Shown here piece after piece: positions 7,167 to 17,433 of a stretch of 56,597 bases of DNA. How positions within the stretch are numbered: the first letter of the stretch is position 1; each line of letters opens with the position of its first letter. The notes beneath the pieces were generated by a model. It was not told where the DNA came from and did not search any database. It was given only the letters and a program-made list of their open reading frames with translations. The position numbers and the translations under genes are program-made. Origin of the DNA: a virus (lineage: Duplodnaviria > Caudoviricetes); IMG/VR virus record IMGVR_UViG_3300020470_005093, positions 1-56,597 of that record, one strand, 5' to 3'.

Positions 7167-9901
7167 TAACCTTCATACCCCCATACTTGGAATGATATCT
7201 TACCAGCACCCGATGATCCATAGTTCTTAACGAAGATCTTATCACCATCACTTAGAACGACTCCCGTTCTTTCATATTGATTTATTGGTACGCATTGATC
7301 GATCATTCCTGCACAATCCATATTAGCAGTGAAACAATCACAACATCTATCGATACATGCAGGTGATGCCCTTAAGCAACAATATATGCATGGGTCTTGA
7401 CATGCGACCACAGTTCCTGGTAGTGATGACCAATTAACTAAGTCTTTTGTAGTAAATGCATCCCATCCACAAGTACAGCAGTTATAAAGACCTATACTCC
7501 ATGCACAATGCTCATATCTGAATAGACAAGATACACACATACGTGGTCTTGTATAGTAACTACATGTCCATTCTACTGGGAAGTTAGCTAACTTACAGAA
7601 GAACATAGAATTAATTCCAACTCCATCAGCATTCGGTACAGTATAACCAAACATAGTATCTTTACTAGGATGGTTATTAAGTCCAGAAGGATCTAATGGA
7701 ATCCATTGAGATGATTCAGCACCACCATAACTACCGTTACAACAAGACATATAACAATTTGCCATAGTTGCAGTATCACTACCACATGCACCACCAAGAC
7801 ATATACATCTTCGTTGCATACATGCATTAATACATTTCATATTAATTGAGAATATACCACATCCTGGATGAACTCCTCCACAGAAACTAGCAGTAGCAGG
7901 TCCAGTTCTTATCATCATATAATGACAATCACAACCTGGATGATAAGTAAAGTACTTAATAGGTAACTCAGTACCTGCGTATCGAGCACAATTAACACCA
8001 CCATCTCCACAAGAATATGTTTGTATATCAGGTCCGTATGCTAACCAAGTAGTATTTGGACAATCATAAACCCCACCAACATGCAATGTAAAGGTATTAT
8101 TGCACCAGTTACAATCTTGACAGCAACATTTGCAGAAACAATAACATGAATAGTGTGCTCCACCAATTCCATAAACAGCATTACAACAACTTATATGCCT
8201 CAACCACAGTTGTGCTCCACATGTCATCGCAGCCACAACACCATAAGGACTTATTGGACCACATGAAGAGTTTCTCATAAAGAAATTATTTCCTGTTCCA
8301 CAAGTAGGACAGAAATAAGAACAATGGCATGGTCTACACCAAATCATCTGTTCATTACTACCACATCCATTAACACACCACTGGTATTCAGTACCAGCGC
8401 ACAAACCTATTGTAGCAGTGGTGTAACAGAATTTACCACATTGGCTATTCCGATGACATGATTGACCACAATGTGCTTGACAACAATCAATACGTGTTAT
8501 AGGGTTACTCCATCTTGCTGTACAACAATCACACCTTTTAAATGGTGCAAAATGGAAGTATCCAGCTGGTGGTGTGCCTTTCGCTCCAATATAACCTTCA
8601 TAGTTAGTCAAGCCTAAGTAAGTTCCTGGAGTACATGAAGGACAACATGCACAATAACACATTGTCCATCCCTGTTGAACATGAGCAGTAGTTGCTACAC
8701 TAGAAACATCTTGATCACAATAACCATTATAATTAGCAAGACACATTAAGTTATACCAGTTATGCATAAAGAAACTTCCCCTCATTCCTGGATTCTCACC
8801 AGCACATTCGCTGAACCCAGCTTGAGTTCCTAATCTCATGTAGCATCTCTTACCACCTGGCATATAACAATTACAATAATTACACTTACAACAAACACAA
8901 TTATAAGGAACTGGGTTTGGAGTAGTAGGATTGCAACAAGATGATGTCCAACAACAAGGATTACTACCTGCACCCCAAGGTTTACAGAAGTAGTTACTTG
9001 GACAACCAGTTGGGTCTAGTTGCAATCTCTTTGCATCCCAACAAGATCCAATATGACAATGATTTACAACATATAGTTCTGGACCTTGCATCACATTATT
9101 ACAATAACTTTGACAACATCCACACATAAATCCTGGAAGTACTCCAACAAAAGCGGTTGCTGACATTATGCCACTAAAACACAACGCACAATTCTGTTTT
9201 GCTTGACATGCTGCACAATTACAGAACCAATTCCATCCTGGAAATACGTTAGTATTACCAACACCTAAATGAAGAGCAGTAATTTCAGTACCACCATAAT
9301 TACCTTTTACAAAGCAGCAATTCATGGGATTACCCCAACAACAACTACCTAAACATGTACAAACATTACAATATGGCCATTGCCATTTTTGACAACAATT
9401 AGCAGCAGTATTAGTACAATTTAAATCATTACGGCTATAAATTGTTCCAGCAGCACTTACAAATTCTGATGGATGTGGAATAGCTGTTCCTGATCCAAAA
9501 TAACTACATGTATTTGATAACTGACAACAACCAGTACATTGAGCATTATTAACACAACAGTGCAATCTCCACCAACCACATACACCTGCATCAGAAACTT
9601 CTGGTGTTGCACCATCAGTGCTCATATCCTCATTATACATCCATCCACTAAAGTTGCCCAAATTTCCAGCAACAGTAGTACCAACTCCAACACCAGTTGA
9701 AGTAAATAAAGTAGTTATTCCAGCCATTGCAGTTGTTGCCACACCAACAACAACAGATATTACTTGATTACTTGAAGTACTTAGAGAGTTTGCGAATAAA
9801 GTAACCGCATTTGACTTTCCAGAATCATTACTGTAAGCAATAAAATTACCAAAATCCGATTCTGTGTCTATTACCGTTCTGGTAAATCTTCCACTTGCCA
9901 T
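7166..9901 (-). CDS. large Cys-rich putative virion/fibre protein
   Basis: About 110 Cys in 911 aa (manual count); Cys-free termini; ends YERTGVVLSDGDKIFV...VWGYEG. Confidence 0.75.
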   Translation of the reverse strand: MASGRFTRTVIDTESDFGNFIAYSNDSGKSNAVTLFANSLSTSSNQVISVVVGVATTAMAGITTLFTSTGVGVGTTVAGNLGNFSGWMYNEDMSTDGATPEVSDAGVCGWWRLHCCVNNAQCTGCCQLSNTCSYFGSGTAIPHPSEFVSAAGTIYSRNDLNCTNTAANCCQKWQWPYCNVCTCLGSCCWGNPMNCCFVKGNYGGTEITALHLGVGNTNVFPGWNWFCNCAACQAKQNCALCFSGIMSATAFVGVLPGFMCGCCQSYCNNVMQGPELYVVNHCHIGSCWDAKRLQLDPTGCPSNYFCKPWGAGSNPCCWTSSCCNPTTPNPVPYNCVCCKCNYCNCYMPGGKRCYMRLGTQAGFSECAGENPGMRGSFFMHNWYNLMCLANYNGYCDQDVSSVATTAHVQQGWTMCYCACCPSCTPGTYLGLTNYEGYIGAKGTPPAGYFHFAPFKRCDCCTARWSNPITRIDCCQAHCGQSCHRNSQCGKFCYTTATIGLCAGTEYQWCVNGCGSNEQMIWCRPCHCSYFCPTCGTGNNFFMRNSSCGPISPYGVVAAMTCGAQLWLRHISCCNAVYGIGGAHYSCYCFCKCCCQDCNWCNNTFTLHVGGVYDCPNTTWLAYGPDIQTYSCGDGGVNCARYAGTELPIKYFTYHPGCDCHYMMIRTGPATASFCGGVHPGCGIFSINMKCINACMQRRCICLGGACGSDTATMANCYMSCCNGSYGGAESSQWIPLDPSGLNNHPSKDTMFGYTVPNADGVGINSMFFCKLANFPVEWTCSYYTRPRMCVSCLFRYEHCAWSIGLYNCCTCGWDAFTTKDLVNWSSLPGTVVACQDPCIYCCLRASPACIDRCCDCFTANMDCAGMIDQCVPINQYERTGVVLSDGDKIFVKNYGSSGAGKISFQVWGYEG

Positions 9902-9959
9902 CTTATTTTACTCCTCCAAGATTTAAAATGTGTGAGCTCATCATTATTAATTCTCTTAT

Positions 9960-9967
9960 TATTTATT
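9960..9967 (-). promoter_or_regulatory. T4-like late promoter (AATAAATA)
   Basis: Intergenic, upstream of the GGAG RBS and ATG 9901. Confidence 0.5.
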
Positions 9968-9988
9968 TATTAGTTTTTTTAAGACCAA

Positions 9989-10867
9989 TTATTTGGTTCT
10001 TGTTGTTCTACTCCCCCAACCAGAAGCAAAATAAGATGCAGAAGCATTACCACCTCCACCTCCACCACCACCAGCAATACTAACATCTACAGTAGTACCA
10101 TCTACAGCAAATGTATTACCAGCACCAACAAAGTTAAGGGTTTTAACTGGTGCTGTTGTTATAGCAGTTCCACCAGACTGAATACCAATATTAAATCCAC
10201 CAGTAGATGTAGTAACACCAGTAACAACAATTCCATCAGAATTAGTTACTACTCGATCTGATCCACCTACTTGAATTTTTAAACTACCAGTACCTGCATC
10301 ATTGATGAAAGAATTTCCAGAATCATGCCAGATCTGAAGATCTGCACCATCTCCCAGTTTTATTCGATCATTGTCACCCATGTTTAGATGACTAGTTACA
10401 GTAGCAACACCACTAATTGTTACGTTACCTGACAAATCAAATCGTGGAGCACCCGTCCCCATCTTCGCATAAGTAACACTTCCATCAGGTATAGTATTAA
10501 GTGTTAGATCTGTACCTAATATAATACCGAAAAATGATAATCCACTAATTGGGGCAGTAGTAAATGTAAGTTTAGTTCCTGCAACACTAAAATCCTGATT
10601 AGGATTCTGCATTACACCACCCAAACTAATCAACATCTGTTGACTGGTTACAGGAGAAACTCCAGCACCACCAACTGACATCGTAAATTCAGTTTCAGAT
10701 CCATCAAACCCAGAGGAAATATCATCTAATTCTCTAATATTAGCAACACGAGTTGTTGAAATACCAATACTTGTCCAGACAGTACCATTCCACTTATATG
10801 TAAAACCCGAACCACTATCCGAGTATTGTTGATTTACTGACGGGTTATCAGGAAAGTTAAGTGCCAT
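9989..10867 (-). CDS. tail fibre-like structural protein
   Basis: MALNFPDNP...YKWNGTVW start, GVMQNP/FTTAP module, poly-Gly. Confidence 0.75.
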   Translation of the reverse strand: MALNFPDNPSVNQQYSDSGSGFTYKWNGTVWTSIGISTTRVANIRELDDISSGFDGSETEFTMSVGGAGVSPVTSQQMLISLGGVMQNPNQDFSVAGTKLTFTTAPISGLSFFGIILGTDLTLNTIPDGSVTYAKMGTGAPRFDLSGNVTISGVATVTSHLNMGDNDRIKLGDGADLQIWHDSGNSFINDAGTGSLKIQVGGSDRVVTNSDGIVVTGVTTSTGGFNIGIQSGGTAITTAPVKTLNFVGAGNTFAVDGTTVDVSIAGGGGGGGGNASASYFASGWGSRTTRTK

Positions 10868-10884
10868 TATCGATACTTTTTAGC

Positions 10885-10891
10885 TATTTAG
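10885..10891 (-). promoter_or_regulatory. late promoter-like (CTAAATA)
   Basis: Short intergenic gap upstream of ATG 10867. Confidence 0.45.
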
Positions 10892-10895
10892 TAAG

Positions 10896-12629
10896 TTAAG
10901 CATTTAAATCTTTAGCTATAGGACCAGTCCACATCGTCGTAACATCTCTATCCATTGTCCAATTAGTATCACTACCAATTTGAACTGGTGAGGAATAGCA
11001 GCAAGTTAATGCCCACGATCCACACCCTAGTTGTCCTTGACAATTAGATCCACTTGCCCATAAGGTTCCATCACATTTTCTCCAATATCCCACCCTACAT
11101 TGAGGACTCATAAAATCAGAATATACTCCTGCTGAATGAATTTGTATAGGAGATGAATATTTTTGAGTAACACAAGTATTATTACCCCAAATTGCTTTGT
11201 CTTCAGAACCCCATCCCCAGAAAGATCCATCAGCTTTCTTTGCTATGGATAATTTATCCCAACTAGAATAGACATCTTGCCAATTAGTATCACTACCAAT
11301 TTGGACTGGTGATGAATATTTTATTACATTATTTTGCCCTAATTGTCCTTGAGAATTATCTCCCCATGCCCATAATGTACCATTTGTCCTAACCGCAATT
11401 GTTCCATAATTAGAATGTGCTACTTTACTCCAATTAGTGTCCGTTCCTATCTGGACTGGTACTGACATTGACGTTGTGTTATTAATTCCTAAATTTCCAT
11501 TAGGATTATATCCCCATGACCACATTGTTCCGTCACATTTAATCATCGTAACAAACTCACAATTTGATAATAATGCTTTAGGTGATGTAAATGATGCAGC
11601 AGTTCCTACTTGAGTTGGTGATGATTGTCTAGGATGTCCATGAGCATTAAGTCCTAATTCTCCATAATTTTGACCACCCCATGCCCATAAAGTGCCATCA
11701 GTTCTAACCGCGTGCATTCTTTCAGCGCAAAGCATTGGATAAACTTTATACCAATTATTTCCAGGCACTTGTACAGGTGATGACCAACAAACCCATGATA
11801 TTGGAGCAATACAAGGGTTTGCAAGTAATCCACATTCATTTTTACCCCATGTCCATAATGTTCCATCTAATTTTGTACCTGCTTTTCTTCCAATAGATCT
11901 CCAATTAGTATCACTACTCATCTGAACTGGAGATGAATACGCAGAAGGTTGACACCCTCCAATAGAAGTTCCTGTTTTCGCATTTAATGGTTTATTTTGA
12001 TTTGCTCTCCAATCATAAGTTTTAGGAGCAAGAAATGTAGAATACATATTCTTATGCCCCCACACAGAAGCAGTATATGATGCATTTCTACAAAATTGCT
12101 CATATCCTATCCATGTAGATCCACCATCTCTTGTTATTAAATTAAATATTTGAGCATCAGTAGTACTAATACTCGCACCCACTAATGTTGGAGCAGTTCC
12201 ACCTTTCCAATATACATTTGCTGGCCATGTAATTGTTCTATTATTATCATCTGCATTCTTCTTTCTAATAATACGAAGTTCTTGATTATTACCATCTGTA
12301 TTCGCAAATGCAACAGTTGTATTAACATTTTGAGTAAAAGTTATAACATTTCCACTACTTAAATTAATAGTTGTTGTTCCAGAAACAGCAGTTACATTTT
12401 GTGCAGTAAAAGGAGCTTTTGCAACTCCTGACATATTACTACCATCACCTACCATATTAGTAGCACAAATAGTACCAACATTTAAACAAGAGTTATTTGT
12501 TAATCCCGTAGCAGTTCCCGTAAAATCACCATGAAATCCAGCAGTAGATGTGACTACTCCCGTTATATTCATAGAAGGGAATGTTGTTACACCAATAGGA
12601 TGTATTAATTGTACTTTAGTTTGACTCAT
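10896..12629 (-). CDS. fibre/adhesin with RCC1/BLIP-II-like beta-propeller, paralog 1
   Basis: Repeated DGTLWxWGxNxxGxLG...SSPVQI...W; N-terminal fibre stalk and ITWPANVYW domain. Confidence 0.85.
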   Translation of the reverse strand: MSQTKVQLIHPIGVTTFPSMNITGVVTSTAGFHGDFTGTATGLTNNSCLNVGTICATNMVGDGSNMSGVAKAPFTAQNVTAVSGTTTINLSSGNVITFTQNVNTTVAFANTDGNNQELRIIRKKNADDNNRTITWPANVYWKGGTAPTLVGASISTTDAQIFNLITRDGGSTWIGYEQFCRNASYTASVWGHKNMYSTFLAPKTYDWRANQNKPLNAKTGTSIGGCQPSAYSSPVQMSSDTNWRSIGRKAGTKLDGTLWTWGKNECGLLANPCIAPISWVCWSSPVQVPGNNWYKVYPMLCAERMHAVRTDGTLWAWGGQNYGELGLNAHGHPRQSSPTQVGTAASFTSPKALLSNCEFVTMIKCDGTMWSWGYNPNGNLGINNTTSMSVPVQIGTDTNWSKVAHSNYGTIAVRTNGTLWAWGDNSQGQLGQNNVIKYSSPVQIGSDTNWQDVYSSWDKLSIAKKADGSFWGWGSEDKAIWGNNTCVTQKYSSPIQIHSAGVYSDFMSPQCRVGYWRKCDGTLWASGSNCQGQLGCGSWALTCCYSSPVQIGSDTNWTMDRDVTTMWTGPIAKDLNA

Positions 12630-12634
12630 TGTTT

Positions 12635-14431
12635 TTAACTAGATTTAAATGCCATAGAATTATTACAAAAAGTACCTAAACCACCACGAGGATTCCAATC
12701 AGTATCGGTTCCTACCTGAACTGGTGATGACCTTGCTGTTATACTATTTCCATTATCATTTACTCCATTGTTTCCTTGTTGATTCCATCCCCATGCCCAT
12801 AATGTACCATCAGTCTTAATACCAAGAGCAGCACATCCAGTACCAGAACTAGATAACCTAGCCCAATTACCAGGAAGATGGACTGGAGTTGTCCTTGTAG
12901 TAGTATCATTAAGTCCTAGCATTCCTCCTTGATTAGATCCCCATACAAACACACAATCATCACAATTTTTAGCCCAGAATGCTGACTTACCTAGAGCACC
13001 TACTGCAGTCCAATTACAACTAGTACCTATTCGAACTGGTGATGAATATGAAGTGCTTGTTGATGCATCAATCCCAAGTCCTCCGCAAGTATTAGAACCC
13101 CATGCCCATAATGCACCACCATTTGCAGTTGTAGATCTAATTCCAATTGAAGCATTTTCAGATCTAGTTACATCAGTCCAATATCCTCCACCACAAATTT
13201 GAACTGGTGTTGTAGCACAAGCTTCATTATCTTGACTTTTATTATTTCCCAAAACTCCTTCTAGAGAACTTCCCCACGACCATAATGTTCCATCAGTCTG
13301 GATTGCATGATATCCAATACCAGTTCCAGTATTAAGTGTTTTCCAATTATTAAAATTCCTATAACATACGGGAGTGCAGTTCTTCACCAAACAACTCTGT
13401 AAACAATACATATATTTTTGATCACACTCAAATCTTTGTCCACAATAGATTCGACCCCATGTCCATATTGATCCATCTCTTCCAATAGTAGCTCCTGACT
13501 GATACCCTCCAGATACTTGCAATACATCAGTACAATATCCACTAATAGTCCGTGATATTTGTACGGGAGATGAATATGGAGTAGATCTTGCTACACTAGT
13601 AGCATCTCCTCCAACACAACCAGCTAAAGCACCCTCATCTCCATAACCCTGACCCCAAAGAGATCCATCGCAACATATACCATAAAAATTATATCCAAAA
13701 TGATCAGTAGTTGCCCCTCTACAATTAGATAAATTATCTGCTCTAAAATATTTTTTTTCTCCTCCAATCAATACAGGTGAGGAACGTTTTCCATCAACAG
13801 TATTCCTTCCAAAAACTCCAGCAAAATCAGATCCCCAAATGTATCCAACAGCTGCTTGTGGATCATTTCTTACAGTTTCTTCAGCAACCCATAAATCTTT
13901 TGAATCATCATCTACTTGAGTAAAAGTAAATATTTGTTTAGCATCTTGTGAAGTATTAGATACTATACCAGGAGGTGAAGTTGGAGAATATACATCACCC
14001 CAAATTACATTTGATGGCCAAGTTATTGTTTTACCTTGCGTTGGAATTTTAATCTCCATTTCTATTTGCATGGTCCTAGTCTGACCTGTATTAGCAAATG
14101 AAACTGTAGAATCATGTAATGGTTTAAAAAATACTACATTACCCTTTGATATATCAAGTGTATGTGTTGCTCCTGATGTTACTGTAGTCTGACCTACTAA
14201 AGCAGGTGCTGCTGGCATATTACTTAAATTAGTTCCATCTCCTCGAAAAGAAGTGGCAGTTATAACACCTACACTTACTACAGAAGTACTAGCAGCAGCA
14301 ACTAGTCCCCCAACATTACCCGTTAAATTTCCAGTAAAAGAAGTAGCAGAAACCACTCCAGAATTAACCTTTATACTAGTAGCAGTAAAAGTTTCATTAG
14401 GGTCTATTAATTGTGCCTTCTTTTGACTCAT
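12635..14431 (-). CDS. fibre/adhesin with RCC1/BLIP-II-like beta-propeller, paralog 2
   Basis: Same architecture; DGTLWAWG and SSPVQ repeats. Confidence 0.85.
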   Translation of the reverse strand: MSQKKAQLIDPNETFTATSIKVNSGVVSATSFTGNLTGNVGGLVAAASTSVVSVGVITATSFRGDGTNLSNMPAAPALVGQTTVTSGATHTLDISKGNVVFFKPLHDSTVSFANTGQTRTMQIEMEIKIPTQGKTITWPSNVIWGDVYSPTSPPGIVSNTSQDAKQIFTFTQVDDDSKDLWVAEETVRNDPQAAVGYIWGSDFAGVFGRNTVDGKRSSPVLIGGEKKYFRADNLSNCRGATTDHFGYNFYGICCDGSLWGQGYGDEGALAGCVGGDATSVARSTPYSSPVQISRTISGYCTDVLQVSGGYQSGATIGRDGSIWTWGRIYCGQRFECDQKYMYCLQSCLVKNCTPVCYRNFNNWKTLNTGTGIGYHAIQTDGTLWSWGSSLEGVLGNNKSQDNEACATTPVQICGGGYWTDVTRSENASIGIRSTTANGGALWAWGSNTCGGLGIDASTSTSYSSPVRIGTSCNWTAVGALGKSAFWAKNCDDCVFVWGSNQGGMLGLNDTTTRTTPVHLPGNWARLSSSGTGCAALGIKTDGTLWAWGWNQQGNNGVNDNGNSITARSSPVQVGTDTDWNPRGGLGTFCNNSMAFKSS

Positions 14432-14452
14432 TAGAATATTATTTTTAAATAT

Positions 14453-16231
14453 TTAGCAAGTTACTGAAATAGCCGCATGATGGCAAAAACTACCAGATAC
14501 TCCACCAAATTTTCTATCATTCATAATCTGAACTGGTGAAGATACTCTTTTATTAGCACAACAGCAATTTATACCACGTTTACCATCTTGATTAGATCCC
14601 CATGTCCATAGTCTTCCGCAACAATCTACTGCAGCTGCAGAATCTCCAGCAAGATGAAGACATTGTATATAATCACCACCCATTGTACGAACTGGTGAAG
14701 AAACACCTCCACTAGTACAACTTTGATTTTCTGATACGTTACAACCTATTACTCCAGATGAATGACTACCCCACATCCATAATTCATTAGATCCTTTTAA
14801 TCCTGCACCATTATATTCTCCACCCCAAACACACTTCCAATCAGTATCGGTTCCTACTTGTCTAGGAGAACAAGGAAATCCAGCTTGTCCATTTGCCCAT
14901 GAAGAATTGCCAGTTTGACCATAATGACCACAACCCCATGAATATAATTTTCCATCATGTGTAACTCCTAATGAACCTGATTGCATCATTGCAATAGCTT
15001 TCCAACAAAGAGCTGCACAAACTTTAGCTGGTTGAGATTTATTATTAATACTAGTTCCAAGTTGTCCTGCTGATCTTTGTGCTTGATAATTCCTACCAAA
15101 TCCCCATAATGTTCCACAATTATCTATAGCAAGAGCACCATCTTGACCAAACGAAAGACATTTCCATCTATATCCAATACAATGGCATATTTGAATTGGT
15201 ACTGAATAAGAAGACTCCCTATTATTACCTAGTTGTCCACTTCCACCATTACCCCATGTCCACATTGTTCCATTCTGTTTAATTGCTCCTGCTGTAGCTG
15301 CATGTCCAGCATTTGTATTACCAAGAGATTGCCAATCACTATCAATTCCTATCTGAACTGGTGATGATCTACTAATAGAGTGGTCTTCATTCGTTCCAAG
15401 AACTCCTTGAGTATTCTGCCCCCATGACCATAATGTTCCATCCTTTTTAAGACCTAAAGCATAATAATGTCCCCATTGTATATCTTTAAAATCACTATAT
15501 GGATTACAACCACTCATCCATGAAGCTCCAATAGAAACTGGTGATGAATACTTACTACACTCAGCACAGCTGCCATCTCCACCTCCCCATTGGGCGTTCA
15601 TTCCAAACCATCCTTTCCTATGCTCCCATCCCCATGCCCACACATTAGTAGTACTTGGATCTGAACGAACTGTTTCACTTCCATACCAACTTGCACCAGA
15701 ATTTGTAGTAAGTAAAGTTATTTCTTGAACATTATTACATCTTGGATTAAAAATACTATCAGGTTTTTGTCCGTCTCCTTCCCAAGTAATATTCGAAGGC
15801 CAATTAAGATATATTTCACAGTTACATCGAGCACATATAGGTTTTCTAACAATTCTTACCTCACCACTTCCAGTAGAAGTATTGGAAAATCCTACTGTAG
15901 CAGTTCCATTAAAACCACCATCCTCAATATGAACTACATTACCCTTTGATAAATCAATAGTATATGTTGCTGCAGATGTAAACGAAGTAGTTTGTCCAAT
16001 ATATGATGTTCCCGCCAATCCTGTTATTCCCGCTCCACTTCCTCTATATGTGGTTGCTGTTACAATAGCACCAACTACATTAGGACTGCCCGTTAAATTA
16101 GTAGCTGTACCCGTAGTATTTCCTTCAAAACCAGTAGCAGTTACAACTCCAGTTACATTAATTCCTCCACCAAACTCTATATGTCCTGCAACTGAAGGGT
16201 CTACTAATTGTGCTCTTGGTAACTTAGCCAT
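14453..16231 (-). CDS. fibre/adhesin with RCC1/BLIP-II-like beta-propeller, paralog 3
   Basis: Same architecture; DGTLWSWG and SSPVQI repeats. Confidence 0.85.
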   Translation of the reverse strand: MAKLPRAQLVDPSVAGHIEFGGGINVTGVVTATGFEGNTTGTATNLTGSPNVVGAIVTATTYRGSGAGITGLAGTSYIGQTTSFTSAATYTIDLSKGNVVHIEDGGFNGTATVGFSNTSTGSGEVRIVRKPICARCNCEIYLNWPSNITWEGDGQKPDSIFNPRCNNVQEITLLTTNSGASWYGSETVRSDPSTTNVWAWGWEHRKGWFGMNAQWGGGDGSCAECSKYSSPVSIGASWMSGCNPYSDFKDIQWGHYYALGLKKDGTLWSWGQNTQGVLGTNEDHSISRSSPVQIGIDSDWQSLGNTNAGHAATAGAIKQNGTMWTWGNGGSGQLGNNRESSYSVPIQICHCIGYRWKCLSFGQDGALAIDNCGTLWGFGRNYQAQRSAGQLGTSINNKSQPAKVCAALCWKAIAMMQSGSLGVTHDGKLYSWGCGHYGQTGNSSWANGQAGFPCSPRQVGTDTDWKCVWGGEYNGAGLKGSNELWMWGSHSSGVIGCNVSENQSCTSGGVSSPVRTMGGDYIQCLHLAGDSAAAVDCCGRLWTWGSNQDGKRGINCCCANKRVSSPVQIMNDRKFGGVSGSFCHHAAISVTC

Positions 16232-16261
16232 TTATCAATTTCTATTTAAGGCTTGCTTTTC

Positions 16262-17053
16262 TTATTTATCTTTAATATAATCCTCCACTGTTTTAAACTT
16301 ATAATCACCCCATTCTTTTTTAGCACGAGTGTATTCTTGATACTTACCTTCTAAGTGCTTTGGAAATGGTATATATTCTATCGTACCATTATATTTCTCT
16401 GCTACTAGTTCTCCTACTTCTTGAAAACTAATAGGATTGCTTGTTCCTAAATCATAGATACCTGATGGTTTATCATTATTCAATACAATATCCACAACAT
16501 CATCTACACATATAAAGTCTCTAAGGTATCTATCAGACCCCTTAAATAATTTAAGTGTTCCTGTCTCTTTAATTTGTTTAGTAAATTTATGCACAGGACT
16601 TGCTTGATCCTCCTTATGATCTTCACCTTCTCCATAGACATTAAAGTACCTAAATCCTTGTATTAATTCAAATCTATCCATATTATCTAAAACCCAATAG
16701 TCCATGATGACTTTGGATATAGCATAGTAGTTAAGTGGATTGATTAAGTTCTCTTTATTAAGATGTCCATAGACTGATGCTGATGATGCATACTTAATTG
16801 GTATTTTATATCTGATTGCTTGCTCAAATAACCATTGACTAAACTCAACATTAAAATGATTGATTGCCTTTAGATTGGTGCAAGTGGTATCAGAAATTGC
16901 ACCTTGATGTAGTATGAGTTCTACCTTATGCCACTCATTAAAAGTACGAAAGTGCCAACTGTTTCTTTTTTCAACTTTAACTACTTCTTTTCCTGATAAT
17001 TTTTCAAGAAACTTTTTCCCTATAAACCCCTCATCACCTGTTAGTATAATCAT
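16262..17053 (-). CDS. hldD: ADP-L-glycero-D-manno-heptose-6-epimerase
   Basis: TGDEGFIG, HQGAISDTT, YASSASVYG, PLNYYAISK, RYFNVYGEGEDHK. Confidence 0.9.
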   Translation of the reverse strand: MIILTGDEGFIGKKFLEKLSGKEVVKVEKRNSWHFRTFNEWHKVELILHQGAISDTTCTNLKAINHFNVEFSQWLFEQAIRYKIPIKYASSASVYGHLNKENLINPLNYYAISKVIMDYWVLDNMDRFELIQGFRYFNVYGEGEDHKEDQASPVHKFTKQIKETGTLKLFKGSDRYLRDFICVDDVVDIVLNNDKPSGIYDLGTSNPISFQEVGELVAEKYNGTIEYIPFPKHLEGKYQEYTRAKKEWGDYKFKTVEDYIKDK

Positions 17054-17055
17054 AG

Positions 17056-17433
17056 TTAATCACCTTTAAATATTCTGTATGAATCTTCATCAAAATGTTG
17101 AGTAGAAAATTCAAATAATTCAGTATCACTCAATGCAATCATTTGATGTCTCAATCCTCTATAAACATAAAATTTATCTCCAGGTTCTAATATAGTAGTT
17201 TTTGCTTTCGAAAGATCATCAGTATCACCATAAAATAAATGAATCTTTCCAGATTGAATATAAAATGTTTCGTCTTTTAATTTATGATAGTGCCATGAAC
17301 ATCTCTTATTCTTCCTAATAAACAAAAGCTTGCCACAATACTCTGGAGAATTGGCAATCCATTTCTCAAATCCCCATCCTTTTTTTACGTATTTAATTTC
17401 TGAAGAAGTCATCACAATTGATTCCTTTGTCAT
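17056..17433 (-). CDS. cupin, sugar-phosphate isomerase-like
   Basis: KGWGFEKWI, SWHYHKLKDETFY, RHQM, EFST. Confidence 0.75.
   Translation of the reverse strand: MTKESIVMTSSEIKYVKKGWGFEKWIANSPEYCGKLLFIRKNKRCSWHYHKLKDETFYIQSGKIHLFYGDTDDLSKAKTTILEPGDKFYVYRGLRHQMIALSDTELFEFSTQHFDEDSYRIFKGD

Noticed and set aside
6234-16231. Reassignment of TGT/TGC codons as the cause of the apparent Cys excess
   Set aside because: Functional Cys in glutaredoxin CPYC and the CP12 loop use the same codons, and the enrichment is limited to a few genes
10896-16231. Diversity-generating retroelement acting on the adhesins
   Set aside because: No reverse transcriptase and no ~100-bp template/variable repeat pair differing only at adenines seen in the window
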